62,085 nucleotides of DNA, filler included, from Globobulimina sp. (GCA_003354225.1; 22 parts of 22 records of this genome joined end to end with filler, not necessarily neighbours in it), one strand, 5' to 3'. Positions 11,221-24,451 are shown, counted from the whole stretch's first letter. Notes: generated by a model from the sequence alone, not told the origin. Translations and numbers: made by a program.

Positions 11221-13079
11221 NNNNNNNNNNNNNNNNNNNNNNNNNNNNNNNNNNNNNNNNNNNNTTAATTAATTAANNNNNNNNNNNNNNNNNNNNNNNN
11301 NNNNNNNNNNNNNNNNNNNNAATTTAAAAAATTGTGTAATGGAAGCAATGACTTTTGGAAGATTGAAAAAATGTAAAAACAAAGATACTGAGAAGAGATT
11401 AGAAGAGGAAAATCGATTAAGAGAATTAGAAAAAAAACTGGATGATTTTGATTTTTGTAATATGAGTAATGACTTTGAAATGATTGACATTGCTGAAAGT
11501 GAAGAAAATTGCAGTGATCATCCAAGTGATGAGGATGTAGTACAAGACATAAATAGAGATATATTGGATGACAGTGAGGATGGGATGGATGTTGATGAAG
11601 AAGATTTTGTTAGTTTTTGAATGAAAAAAAAATAAGAAAATATACAAGACATTTGTTTTGAATGACATGTGTGTTTCTTATTGTTTTAATAAAATGTTAA
11701 AACTGTTTTTTTTTAATATTTCAAACGCAAAAAATAAACCGCATGCTTCCGAGCTTCTTGCCTCAGGGGTTCTTGCATCCTGTGCTTCTGTTTTTAATGC
11801 CTCACCAGTCCCAACAAAAAAAAAAGGGAACAAATATGATGACTTTTTGGCTCGGGGTACTTGCCTCCGTGTTTCTTGCCTCCGTGCTTCTTGCTTCTGG
11901 GTCTATCGACCCGCAATGCTACTGTGTTGCCCCCTCTATATATGTTTGTATGATATTGCATTATTTTTGTTTGAATGGACAACATTTATCATTACAATCA
12001 ATTTATTGTTTAAAATTTAATTCACATCATTTTAAAATCTTTAGATTTGCATATAAATGCTACATTTTTTTTAACAATGAAATGCAAGGATTGTTTTCTT
12101 AGTTATGAAGTGCCAGAAATAGAACCTTGCAAACAAGCGTACCAATTAATTCTATCATCATCCAATACGTACATTCATATTCTCCTTTTCATAATTATCA
12201 TTTTCCAAATTGTTCCCTTTTAATAGACATTCCATTCAGGCAAATTGTTTCCATATATTCCCGATGGAGGATGCAATGGATACTTTCATCGGTATCATTC
12301 AATCGTTTTGTTGCTGATTCAATACATGATATATCATTGAATCTGTCCACGCCGATGTATGATATTCATATCATTTTAAACAATAAATTGATTGTAATGA
12401 TAAATGTTGTCCATTCAAACAAAAATAATGCAATATCATACAATAAATACCATCCACATTATATCTATAAATATATTACTCCATTTTACCGAGTTTATTA
12501 CCAATAATTTCTCTCTCTTTCACCATATTCCATCACCATAACATATATAAACAAACCTATATAAACAAACAAATATAATAACAAAAATTTAATATATTGC
12601 ATTTTTTTTGTTTTAATCTGTCAAGAAAGTATTTTTATTATATAATATTATATGTTTTTTGTTTTGTTTTTTGATGTATATTGAGAGAGGAGATAGAATT
12701 TCCGCCGGTCTTGATACGGCATAAATTCTATCAATTTCTACATTTCGAAAACACATAAATAGACAATATTAGCAGCTGAAAAGTTAGGGATGTCTACATT
12801 ACCTCAATACGACTCTATCTGATGTATAAAACAGACACACAATGTTGACGAAAGGATGGTTGAAGTGAAAGTGGCTATGCCTAGAATGAACAGTAACCTC
12901 AAATGTGAATAATAAGTATACACAAATAATATAGTATACAATTGTTATATTAAACTGATTGACACAAACAAAAAAAACATGAATATTTAACAAACATAAT
13001 AAAATGTAAAAACAATTATATTATTCCGCCACCATTTATAATGGCCTTCATCAATATCATTTTTATCAAACCACATCAA

Positions 13080-14049
13080 TCATAAATGATGTACATGTGC
13101 CCATATCATATTATCATTGCAATACAGACTGGATATCCTATCCGCTTCCGTCCATTCCTTTTTATTCGCATCATCCATTTCCGGATGCATATCCTCAGCG
13201 AACTCCAGGCATTCAATCTCAGTCTCTTTAATCACAAACAACCAACACGGCAATAACTGCGCCAATAAGCCAATCAGCAAATCTTCTGCTTATAAAACAG
13301 TTTAACTTTATTTTTGGCCGCAAACAAGCATTCGAATAATTGCTGCATCAAAGTGGCGTTATTCTCCTTCGCCTGAATGGACTGCAACACTTCCAATGTT
13401 CCCGCTGTGTTCACCAACAATAAGCGGCAAAAAAAAAACATATAACACTCAATCCGCAAATTACTATTCATATTATTTGCGACGTTCATAGTCTCCAAAA
13501 CATCCACCACCAAATGTTGAAATAATGGCAAATAAAAACTGCGGCGATTGCTGCGGGAATAATTGCACAAAAACACACAAAACCGGTGATTTTACTAAAC
13601 GAGTCGTCCAAACCGGTGATATCCGGCACCACCGCGGTCAGAGTCTGTCCTATATCGCTCGCGTGATGTTGTACGAAGGCGCTGCCTCCCAAAAACAAAT
13701 AAGATTTCAAAATCGCCATTAAAATATCGAAGAAATCGCCATTTGTATTCATTTGCGCGATCCAGTTGGGAGCAAACAATTTATATCCATCTCTCCGTCC
13801 ATACATATCTCATGCGAATGCTACAGCACTTTATGCAATAATTCCAAGCCTTGATCGATTAAACAAATCCGCTGATCGTCGTCAATCGACTCCGGACCGC
13901 TGCAATACGCGACAATAGGTATCAATTTGTCACAGTCTCCGATTTCATACAGCCCACCAAATGCGTGACGCGGCATAAATTCGTCTCTGTGCTGCCACAA
14001 TTGTCCCAGCGCCGACCCATTGACGCAAATATACCATTCACTATCTCGC
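13080..14049 (-). pseudogene. Importin-11-like C-terminal region, degraded
   Basis: CLIDQGLELLHKVL*HS and ILKSYLFLGGSAFVQHH resemble IPO11. Several frame changes and stops. Confidence 0.55.
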
Positions 14050-14399
14050 NNNNNNNNNNNNNNNNNNNNNNNNNNNNNNNNNNNNNNNNNNNNTTAATTA
14101 ATTAANNNNNNNNNNNNNNNNNNNNNNNNNNNNNNNNNNNNNNNNNNNNCAGTTTGAAATTACTGTTTTTTACTGTAAACTCTTTGAATTTACAGTTTTT
14201 TACAGATTATTCAAAATAAAAACATTGAAAGTCAAAATAGAATTGTTAAAGGTTGTGTTTCATCGGGAACCATTAACCTATTTTCCTTCCCAACTATTGA
14301 GCTAATTTTCATTGTGGTGATCGGACTTCAATATGTATTAAGTAAAGTAAAGTAAGGTAAAGTTTTTTTTGAGTTGGTTAATAAATAATAATTACTTGA

Positions 14400-15770
14400 A
14401 TGCAGCGTGTAAATTTAGTAGCATCACCAAAAGAAGTGCAACAAATATTTGATTCTATAAAACAAGAAGCTACAAAAGAATACGCACAAGAAATGGATGA
14501 ACATGATCCATTATCTCGTTTTCGTAACGAATTTAGTATTCCGCCTGCACCAAATTATAGCGATAGGATGGAATCAATATATTTTCATGGATATGGTTTG
14601 GGATTGCAACCAAAACGAACCTTAACCAATCTAGAACAAGCATGTAAGGAATGGGGCAAATTGGGGTCCTTATCATATATGGAAGGCAAAAGACCATTGA
14701 CTTTCTGCGAGAGGAGAGCCACCAAATTAATACAACCAATCATTGGCGCAAACCATTTATCTGAAATCTGTTTAATGAATTCACTTTCTGTCAATACAAA
14801 TCTAATCATGCTCTCCTTTTATAAGCCCAGCAAGCAACGCTACAAAATACTAATTGAAAACGGTTCTTTTTGCAGTGATCAACATGTGATTCAGGGACAG
14901 CTCAAATTGCATAAATTGACCCCGCAACAAGCATTGATTGAATTATATCCACGCAATCCCAGAAAGAATAAATATTATATCTCAAATGATGAGATAATAA
15001 GAACGATCCACAAACATAACACAGCGCTCTCTTTAATATGGCTGGGCTGTACACAATATTTAAGCGGACAGTTATTTGATATCAAACGCATTGTTGCCGT
15101 TGCTCATAAATATGACATCTATGTTGGCTTAGATTTAGCGCACGGAATCGGGAATGTTGCCTTGCATTTAAGCGATTGGAAGGTTGATTGTGCCACATTC
15201 TGTGGCTATAAATATTTGTGCGGCAGCGGTGGAGGTATTGGTGGGATCTTTGTACATGAAATGCATCACAAAAATAAGAATTTGACTAAATTGCAAGGTT
15301 GGTGGGGACAGCAAATGGACGACATTTTAAAATTTGAGCCTGAGTATAAAGCAGCAATCGGAGCCAGATCATGGGCCATATCACAAGCTCCATTGTTCGA
15401 ATGTGTTGCATTGGAATCTGCCCTGGAAATATTTGATGAAGCAAACTTTGTAAATTTAACCATAAAATCGAAGAAATTAACCAAATATTTGGAGCTTTTG
15501 GTGAATAGATACTTGAATGAGAGTGATATCCAAATCATAACTCCTTTAAACGAGAAAGAAAGAGGATGTCAGTTATCGTTAGAAATTAAAAGAAAAAAAG
15601 ACGGCGAGAAATTGAAAAAGTATTTGCGCCAAAAAGGTGTAATTTGTTATGTGTCGAAAGCACAAAATATCGTAAGAGTGGCACCCGTTCCATTGTATAA
15701 TCAATTTATTGAATGTTGGCATTTTGTTCGAATTGTAAAGCAATATTTTGACTCGAAAAGTAAACTGTAA
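14400..15770 (+). CDS. KYNU: Kynureninase-like PLP enzyme with C-terminal PTS1 (SKL)
   Basis: DPLSRFRNEF, LGLQPK, MNSLSVN, DLAHGIGN, YKYL (PLP lysine), GWWG, RGCQLS, RVAPVPLYN. Confidence 0.9.
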   Translation: MQRVNLVASPKEVQQIFDSIKQEATKEYAQEMDEHDPLSRFRNEFSIPPAPNYSDRMESIYFHGYGLGLQPKRTLTNLEQACKEWGKLGSLSYMEGKRPLTFCERRATKLIQPIIGANHLSEICLMNSLSVNTNLIMLSFYKPSKQRYKILIENGSFCSDQHVIQGQLKLHKLTPQQALIELYPRNPRKNKYYISNDEIIRTIHKHNTALSLIWLGCTQYLSGQLFDIKRIVAVAHKYDIYVGLDLAHGIGNVALHLSDWKVDCATFCGYKYLCGSGGGIGGIFVHEMHHKNKNLTKLQGWWGQQMDDILKFEPEYKAAIGARSWAISQAPLFECVALESALEIFDEANFVNLTIKSKKLTKYLELLVNRYLNESDIQIITPLNEKERGCQLSLEIKRKKDGEKLKKYLRQKGVICYVSKAQNIVRVAPVPLYNQFIECWHFVRIVKQYFDSKSKL

Positions 15771-15804
15771 ATATACATATTATTATTATTATAATAAATA
15801 ATTA

Positions 15805-16878
15805 TTACAATTTTGTAGAATTAGCATAGCCCATTAAAGTGGTCGCTTTTCCTTCGCGTACCATGCTCTGTGATGTATTTATCATCATTGCTGTCTCAAT
15901 TTGTTTTGCTCTCCTTTGCGGACAAATTAGTTGCAATCCTTTGAATATATAATATGTCAAAATAACAGAGATTATTAATGTTGATATCGCTGAACAAATG
16001 ATAAATATTACTGAATTGATACTTTTTTTGTTGCTGAACCAAGAGAAACAAATAAAATCCGTATTCCATATCTTTTCATTAACATTCTTGTGGAATAATC
16101 CTTTGTATACCAAACATTCATAAAACTAAACCCATTCATAATAGCATCCAATCGATGATATGCAAACTGTGGGACACATGCTTTATTATCCAAATCTAAA
16201 TCGCATTTCCACTCCGCAATCATAAGTATAACAATACCCGTTTCCGCAATTTCATCTGTGCCCATTACATTATTTGTGGCACTCCGAACAATATCATCTA
16301 TTAAAAAGGAATTATATCCGTGTTTGGTTTTGTTGCCAAAAGTATTTGATACCATCACATTGAATGATGTAAACATTGCATGAATATTTAACAATATAGT
16401 GCCGTTTCCGACATTTATGATCTTTTGTTTGTTGGATTCATTAAGAATTGGACACCATGCCTTTACTGAACATAAATGTGAGGATATATTACATATTCCA
16501 GTGTATGCCGCACCGCTCTGATTAAATGTATATGTATTTGCCGGCGGACAATCCGTATTCGAACTACATTTTATTCCGTATTGTGGTGGATTACAGATCC
16601 ATTGAGTTTGATTTGATGCGGTTACAATTGAGGTGGTAATAAATAATGCATTTGGTTCCAATGGAGGGTAAACAATATCAGCGGTGTCAAAAATAGCTCC
16701 ATTAATCAATCCAACTGTTTTTGTTTTTGAAATGGTGGTATAAATGAATGAAGTGCTTCTTTCTAAATATCCTTTGTTAAGAATAACATCATTGCAAATG
16801 AAATAAAAAGCAACAACTAATATGACAATAAAATGCAATAATTGATGCACAAACTCAAAAAAAAACTCTTTAATATCA
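15805..16878 (-). CDS. P2X receptor-like channel with a frameshift before TM2
   Basis: FDTADIVYPP, Cys-rich head, AWCP, WKCDLD..C.P.F..RLD, R.L.K.YGIRI. TM2 is in another frame after an A7 run near 16025. Confidence 0.8.
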
Positions 16879-16978
16879 NNNNNNNNNNNNNNNNNNNNNN
16901 NNNNNNNNNNNNNNNNNNNNNNTTAATTAATTAANNNNNNNNNNNNNNNNNNNNNNNNNNNNNNNNNNNNNNNNNNNN

Positions 16979-19598
16979 GTCCTTTATGTCCAGATTCGCT
17001 CACTTGAATATCCGCATTCTTTTTAAAAAAATCCTCTTTTGTCACAATACTGATAATAACCCGTTGAATGTGATGGAAATATGAAACAATATACGGCGAA
17101 AAAGGAAATTCAACTTTTAATTTAATCTCTACATTGCTGCAGTTGTTATTATTGGACTGTCGATCGCGACTTAGTTTTGATTTTACGCGAACAATTCCAG
17201 ATTTATGCTGCAATAACAATAGCCATATTTTCCTCATCCATGCGTCATTTTGTCTTTCTTCCCTCTCTAAATCAGCGATAATGCCATGGCCAGTCAATGA
17301 CTGCGAGTAAGTTGGAGAACTTTGCAAAATGGATAATTGGCGCGAGCCCTGTTTAAAACTTATGGGTGGTCGATATAAATCGGATGAGTGATGATTTAAA
17401 ATCGCAATTAAGACCTCCACCAATTCAGATTTCATTTGTTTGCTGATTTGCTTTATTAATAACTGCAGGAATGAGCCGCGTTCGGATATAATATCTTCAT
17501 TCAATTTGTGGTGTTTTACACTTTTTGGGGATAATTGTTTGAGTAAACTTTTGATGGCATGCAGTGGGGAGCCATCATGCGATGAGGATAAGACTTCTTT
17601 AATGCGGACAATAATCGCTCGTTTTAGGTGTTTATCATCGGGATCAGAAAATATTTTTGTTATTCTATCCACTTCTTCTCTCATTTTAGCAGGGAACCGG
17701 ATGTTATTTAATGCCATTTCGAATGTGGAGTCGATGACAGATTCGGTATGTTTGGCAATTCGAGCTTCAAATATCATGGACGAGTATGCATCGTTGATAT
17801 TTAGATCAGTTATTTTGATGTCTGACGGTAAGATTGCATCACAATACGTTTGCTTCCATTCACAATTAAATATTAACGGATATTGCTGCGATTGGATAAA
17901 TTGTGCAGTTTCTGCGTCATTATTTGTGTTGCAATTAATTGCCATCGTTAATCGATTCATGTATACAATTACTAATATTTGCTTGTTTGGTAACATTGTA
18001 CTGGTTGCCACGGATAATTTGCTCCGTTTATTATCCGTTTGATTTATAGAATTCGTTCCGAATTTTGCCATATATTTTGCCTGTTCGATCAAATATTGCA
18101 TATGCAAATTATGTAGAAATTCATCATTATTTTTATTTGTGGTTTGTATGATTAATGTATGATATTCTTTATCCACTAAAAATTCATTAATGGCGCCAAT
18201 GAATTCATTCTCTGACGCAATATTACCGAAATTTATTAAAATTGCTTTTTCTTTTCCTTTACCGTTTGCAGTATTTAATACATTTGATTTATATTCGCAA
18301 TCACTTTCGCTCTCTTCTTCCGTTTCCATTTTGGACTTTGCAAAATTTATTGTATTTGCTCTCAATTTAGCCGAGGTCATCATACTTTTATTTATCATCT
18401 CATACTGATCGATTCTCCGTTTTATATGGAAATATTTGCTGAAATCGGTCACGTGTTGGAAGTGATCATGCGTTGTTACGCGAATTAGCGTTATTCCGTA
18501 TCCATCTTCATTCCCTTTGGCAAAATATGTCATCACATCTTGTATCGATGAAAAGCATTTATCTCTTTTGATTGGTTTTAATTTCTTATGCAATGATAAG
18601 TCTTTGTGAGATATAAAGTGTCTTAAATAACAATTAGATAATAACAAAGCAATGGAATGTTGTATAATTTGTGTGTCGGGATCTAATTCTTTTAATTTTG
18701 ACTCAACTTTTTTCTCTTCCTTCTCCTCCTCACAAAGTACTTCAACGCCACAATTCTGCGGCTGATACAATCCAAATAATAGATTTTCAACATATATCAA
18801 AACAGAAGCAAATGTTAATCGCGGTACAAATCCAGCAAATATCTGCGAATAATTTGCAAAGTCACCGAAAATCTCTTCCAGCTCATTTTCCAATCGCAGC
18901 AATAACTGATCCCAATTCTTTCTGGTTCCACACAAGTTTTTTAATGATAGATATTGTTTTTCCAAACGGTTTAAAAATGCGACGGGAGTATAACTATTGA
19001 CATTATCTGATGTGTGGTGCGCATTTGTTGTGGGGATAACAATGATAAATCTGAAGGACGGATCTATTTGAACTCGAATGGTTTCGTTTCTTATAGAAAT
19101 ATTTGAGAATCTCTTTGAGCCAATTTTCAAATATCTTTGATTTAAAACATCGTACAATGAGTCATATAAATCATCCAAATGCAATAAGACCACAGTATGT
19201 CCCATCAACATGGCATTTTTTATTTTATCTATGTTTTGATGCAAATGCAGCGAGGATTGGCTATCATTTTTAAATTTACTGCCAAATATAACACGAGAAG
19301 TACTATGTTGCAGTATATTCATATCATAGAGGTATTTCCAGCTAACCTCCGTGTCCGTGATCAGCATAACATGCCTCATGTCATAATTTTGTGTTTGCGG
19401 GTTGGACTGCTTCGATTGGGACTGTTCTATGTTGGATCGAATCAAGTTTATTGCAGTCATCTCATCCCATAAAATATTCAAATTTTTCAAATCATCATTA
19501 TCATCTTTTAAATCCAATGTGTTTAATATCATTCCATACTGATATTTATCAAACATTTTCTCTGTTAAACCTCCAAAATTGCGACATATGGCCTCCAT
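16979..19598 (-). CDS. RNF213/mysterin-like AAA+ protein, internal fragment
   Basis: RNFGG, RHVMLIT, IFGSKF..D, MLMGHTVVL..LD.LYDSLYD.LNQ, PVAFLNRLEK. Confidence 0.85.
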
Positions 19599-19806
19599 AC
19601 CAATTTTTTGAAGGAGAAAAGATATCCGGCTTCAGTACAGAGATCATCAGGGGATTATTCAGGCGAATGAAAGTCGAAGTCAAAAGTTTAAATCATTACC
19701 CATGGANNNNNNNNNNNNNNNNNNNNNNNNNNNNNNNNNNNNNNNNNNNNTTAATTAATTAANNNNNNNNNNNNNNNNNNNNNNNNNNNNNNNNNNNNNN
19801 NNNNNN

Positions 19807-20517
19807 AAAAATACCAACACTATCTCCGACAAAAATGCCAAGTGTATATCCAACAAAGATGCCAACAATATCTCCAACAGTGACACCAACAAAGTATGAT
19901 GAAAGAGAAGCAGAAACAGGGATGGAAAGTACGGCTTCTTCAGCACGAATTTATGGTGGTAGTTCGTCAACGACTTCAATGACTACAACGGGCATTATTG
20001 TGGCTGTGTTAATTGCTGGTTGTGTTTTGATTATTTGTTTGTTTGTGTCTACTATACATAAAATATTTGATATATATTTGATATATACGTACATAAAATA
20101 TAATAAATCAGAAAAGAATACGTTTGTTGCTGCTCAGTTATGAATATTAATTTATTGACTTTTCTCCTTTTCAAATTTGCACGGCAAAACACTTTTGTAT
20201 TTATATTTTGAATAACAATAAACAGAAACAATAACAGCAAATATGGAGATGGTTATGGCACGGATGATGATGAAGAGCTGGAGAGCATTATAAATATGGT
20301 TATTGAAGAGCATAATGACGAGGATATTGTTAAAATGGTGAATGAAACGCAAGATGTCGATGTAAATGCCTATGATATAATTAAGAATAGGAATGATACA
20401 GATAATGGATTTAACGATCATAATGAACAGCATTTTGAAGATGAAGATGATGAGGATTTGGTTAAGATTGTGAATGAAACAGATGATGGACTTAACAATC
20501 AAGAGGAAGGTGCATGA
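19807..20517 (+). CDS. Membrane protein C-terminus (PT repeats, TM helix, acidic tail; intron-containing)
   Basis: PTKMP repeats, a TM helix and a repeated IVKMVNET acidic tail. Confidence 0.5.
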
Positions 20518-20815
20518 TTTCGCCCGGATAATCAAACAAATTACTATTCAGTGTTAGTGATTGCCTTCCAAGCCAATGCCCCAAATTGGGGGCCCCAATG
20601 GTGGAATTGTGCCAAATTTGTTGTTAGTAATTGATGTATTTTTTCAGAGTGTTTTTTCTTTTCATAACAGTGCATCAAGTTTGCAGCGTCAGATTTTTAT
20701 TTGACATTATATGGAAGATATATAAGTACATTCTAAAAGCGGTAACTACCAGCAGATGTTAGGCATCATTTTCTAAACACATTATTACAGGCAAGTCTAT
20801 ACTAACATTACTGCA

Positions 20816-22060
20816 ATGTCAACTTTTTGCAGGGATGGTTCGTTAATTTTCGATATTTGTTGGTTAACATTAGAATTTATAGCGTTAATTATGTTGTTAA
20901 CAATTGGAGTAACATCAGTGATACAAATCAGACGAGCAACAAAAACAAAAAGTAACACAACAATCAAACCGATATTTGCATGGTTATTATATGTATCAAT
21001 TTCCATATGTCTTACTAGATCAATATGCAATATTTCACTTTTCTTTGTTTGCAACGTCAACATTATATTTGTCGTGTCATTGACATTATATTCCATGCTT
21101 TTTCTATTGATTCTTGGCATTCTAATTATTAGATTGTATGTTGTGTTCCAGGGATCACAATATGAATTATCGCGGACTAAAACGATAATAATTTTAATAT
21201 TATTCATCATTGTGTGTATATTGTCATGTTTCGATATGATTCTACTGGTTCAACATAATAATAACATGTTACATGTTAATGATATAGTTGCGCTCTTATA
21301 TGTTTTTGCAGTATCTGCAACGTTAACTTTGGTGCTTTATGTATCATTAACAACGTGGTGCGTTCATTTATTTGTGCGAAATTTATTGGATTTATCAAAA
21401 GCACAGCAAGCAACTATGAAAAACGTATTTGATATTACAAAAATTAGAATCACTTCACAACAACAAAAATTGCTGTTTGCTGCATCTCGTTATATGACAC
21501 TGACCTTAGTCGCGTTGATATCTTCAGTTGGCGTTGGTGTGATTGCTCTAATATTTGCGTATCCATTTAACAGTGTACGCAGAGTTAAAATATTTTTTAT
21601 TTTAATGAGTAAAGATTCTGTAGTCAATGTAATCTGCTTGTATTTACAATATTCATTTTCCAAACGTTATTATGACAAATTATGTTGCTGTTTCTCCGCA
21701 TGTTGGACCAAAATACTCATACATCAAACTATGGCGTTTGCCAGAAATAAATATAATATGCGAATGGAGATGATAATACAACAAAAGAATGGAAGTAATT
21801 CTAACGATACAGAGTCACCGGGTCAGCTACAAATGGAATCTTTAACTGTAAGAGAGGGAGAGGAGATTGCGAATCCATATAATATTGATGATAAAATTGA
21901 GTTAAAATGTGAAACACATACTGTGTGGATACAAGCGACTGTTGTTGGTAAGAAAAATAATTTTATTGTTGTCCGTGTAGAGGATCCGGAGGTGAACGCT
22001 GTGAATGAATTTGAAATCCATGTGGTTGATAACAATGATAGAATAAAACATCGTCATTAA
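20816..22060 (+). CDS. 7TM GPCR-like protein with C-terminal Tudor/SH3-like barrel
   Basis: Seven hydrophobic segments, DS.VN..C.YLQY..Y..LC helix 7/8, and C-terminal YNIDDKIE...WIQATVV...IVVR. Confidence 0.65.
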   Translation: MSTFCRDGSLIFDICWLTLEFIALIMLLTIGVTSVIQIRRATKTKSNTTIKPIFAWLLYVSISICLTRSICNISLFFVCNVNIIFVVSLTLYSMLFLLILGILIIRLYVVFQGSQYELSRTKTIIILILFIIVCILSCFDMILLVQHNNNMLHVNDIVALLYVFAVSATLTLVLYVSLTTWCVHLFVRNLLDLSKAQQATMKNVFDITKIRITSQQQKLLFAASRYMTLTLVALISSVGVGVIALIFAYPFNSVRRVKIFFILMSKDSVVNVICLYLQYSFSKRYYDKLCCCFSACWTKILIHQTMAFARNKYNMRMEMIIQQKNGSNSNDTESPGQLQMESLTVREGEEIANPYNIDDKIELKCETHTVWIQATVVGKKNNFIVVRVEDPEVNAVNEFEIHVVDNNDRIKHRH

Positions 22061-22835
22061 TTTTATTAAAAACCCGTACTGTATCCCTGGGGAATTGGTG
22101 GAAGTTTTACCTTTTTATATTTCTAAAACTATCAGAGGTTTCTCCTGGTCCCAGCGATACAGAATTTGTACGAATTGGCTGTACTTAAAAATTCACACAA
22201 ATTTATTATATATAAAATATATACAAAATTGTTCTAAATTTCTATTATATATATATAGTATGAATATATTTATGAAGTTGTCTTGTTTTTGACTGTGAAG
22301 ATACAACTAACTTTTTTGGCTTAACGATATGTTCCAAAAGATAAGTTGTATAGATTTGATTCAATTATCTGAGACGGTTTTCTATAGGTTTGTTATAACT
22401 TTGTCTTGGGTTTGCAAATCCAGAACAAAGTCAGAACAAAGTCAGAACAAATTAATAATTGAACCAAATGTATACATCGTTTAGTTTCAACGAGTGGTTT
22501 TCAACTCTGACTAAATTTGTTACTACTACTTCAGNNNNNNNNNNNNNNNNNNNNNNNNNNNNNNNNNNNNNNNNNNNNTTAATTAATTAANNNNNNNNNN
22601 NNNNNNNNNNNNNNNNNNNNNNNNNNNNNNNNNNATTTTGGTGGCGCAGTGGTGAATATCGGTGGCGCAAACAAAAATTTCATCTCTTTTGCACGAAATT
22701 CTTGCTAAAGTTAGTGAAATATGTTAATGTTCAAAGAAAATAGTAATATTTTCCATGTTTTATAAGAAAAATCAAGCTATTTGTAACAAATTCTTTCTGA
22801 AAGTTGCTGAAACGTAACGTTTTTCCAATATTGTT

Positions 22836-23275
22836 GTAAAATTTAACAAGTTTTTAATCGAATTTTTAATAAAATTGCCAAAATGTGTAGTTTTTGCAGA
22901 GAAAGTTGCATGATTTTGCATGTTTTATGAGAAAAATTATGTTATTTGTGAAGTTTACCAAGTTTTTGATCGATTTTTAAATAAAAACTGTAAAAATATC
23001 TATTTTTGCAGAGAAAGTCGCATGATTTTGCGTGTTTTATGAGAAAAATCATGTTATTTGTGAATTTTACCAAGTTTTTGATCGAATTTAAATAAAAACT
23101 GTAAAAATATCTATTTTTTGCAGAGAAAGTCGCATGATTTTGCGTGTTTTGTGAGAAAAATCGTGTTATTTGTAAATTTTACCTAGTTTTTGATCGAATT
23201 TTAAATAAAAATTGTAAAAATGTGTAGTTTTGCAAGATTTTGTAGGTTTTATGAGAAAAATCATGTTATTTTCAA
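22836..23275. repeat. About 112-bp tandem repeat, roughly 3.5 copies
   Basis: GCAGAGAAAG anchors at 22896, 23008 and 23120. Confidence 0.9.
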
Positions 23276-23737
23276 CAAATCCTTTCCGAAAGTTGATGAA
23301 ACAAAGCATTTTTCAAAGATTATTGTACAATTTACCAAGTTATTGAGAAAAGTGATGATATTTCTAACATAAAGTTTCCAAATTATGTAGTTTTCAAGAA
23401 AGTTAACAGGATTTTATGAGTTTTATGTAAAGAGTGCATTCTTTTTTAAAGTTTTCCAAGTTTTATTGAAAAATTTCTCTTATTTGGAATAAAATCTTGC
23501 TGAAAGTTGATAAAACAGCTGATTCATCAAGTTTATAGGGATAAGAGATCGAGCTTGCCTGTATTTTATGACATTGTAATGCCTCCAAGCTGACTAAAAT
23601 CCAAATACTGCGGTCTGATGGAGAAAGAAGTTCGTTTTTATGTCAAATCCATTATGTCACATTAGATATAGAAATATTATTTTTTGAAATATTATCATTC
23701 TTACAGTTGTATTGGTTGTGTGCGGACGGTTCTTATT

Positions 23738-24139
23738 ATGACTCCTGGATTTTCCTGTTCTGAATGTGGTGAACATTTTACAACTACATCAAATCTCGTA
23801 CGTCATCGTGCTGGCCATGACCCTAACTACTTCATTCTTTGTCAAAATTGTGACTTTGTCAGCAAAAGAAAGGACAGCATGAAACGTCATATGACCAAAT
23901 ATCACCCAACTAGTAATGATATTGTTGAGTTACACGTGCTCAAAACCATTCAACAAACAACTTATGACAACAAAAAACAAACACTGGATGTGCAACAAAC
24001 TGACAAGTTTGATAAAAGACTTCAGCTACCAAACATTTTTCTTTGCTTGGGGTTGGGTCAGAACGTAAGTATACAAAAAGCTGATTTTATCAAATGTTTA
24101 TACAATTCTTTTTGCAGGAAAAAACATATCCGCTCATGA
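23738..24139 (+). CDS. Small protein with two C2H2 zinc fingers
   Basis: FSCSECGEHFTTTSNLVRHRAGH and CQNCDFVSKRKDSMKRHMTKYH. Confidence 0.75.
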   Translation: MTPGFSCSECGEHFTTTSNLVRHRAGHDPNYFILCQNCDFVSKRKDSMKRHMTKYHPTSNDIVELHVLKTIQQTTYDNKKQTLDVQQTDKFDKRLQLPNIFLCLGLGQNVSIQKADFIKCLYNSFCRKKHIRS

Positions 24140-24451
24140 AAACGCTCGAAGTTGCTACTGCTTCAGTTAAACCAAGACGCAAATGGATCACAAGGGGCAG
24201 AACATGTCAAACAAAACACAGGCAAACAAGAGTAAAGATAAAGAAAACGATAAAGCCAAAACAACAGAGGAATGATTAATCGATGGCCGTGAAACGATTT
24301 TATCAATATTATTGCACAGAAAAGGAAAAAAACTAAAAATATGTCATGATTTATATGTAATGTGTAAAAGCAATGTTGTTTGCATATAGATGTATGTAAA
24401 AGAAGTAAAAATTTGTAAATAATAACTGTATAACATTCATTCATCAATACT

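Noticed and set aside
11740-11900. CTTGCCTC-type repeats of about 15 bp
   Set aside because: They are short and degenerate, with no boundaries or linked gene to support an element.
11190-13825. TAG reassignment to Gln/Tyr (KCK*C, KVL*HS)
   Set aside because: Both stops co-occur with frameshifts, and long intact genes have no internal TAG. Pseudogenisation is the simpler explanation.
17440-19762. Plus-strand ORFs opposite the RNF213-like gene (and similar antisense ORFs elsewhere)
   Set aside because: These are shadow ORFs of real genes on the other strand.
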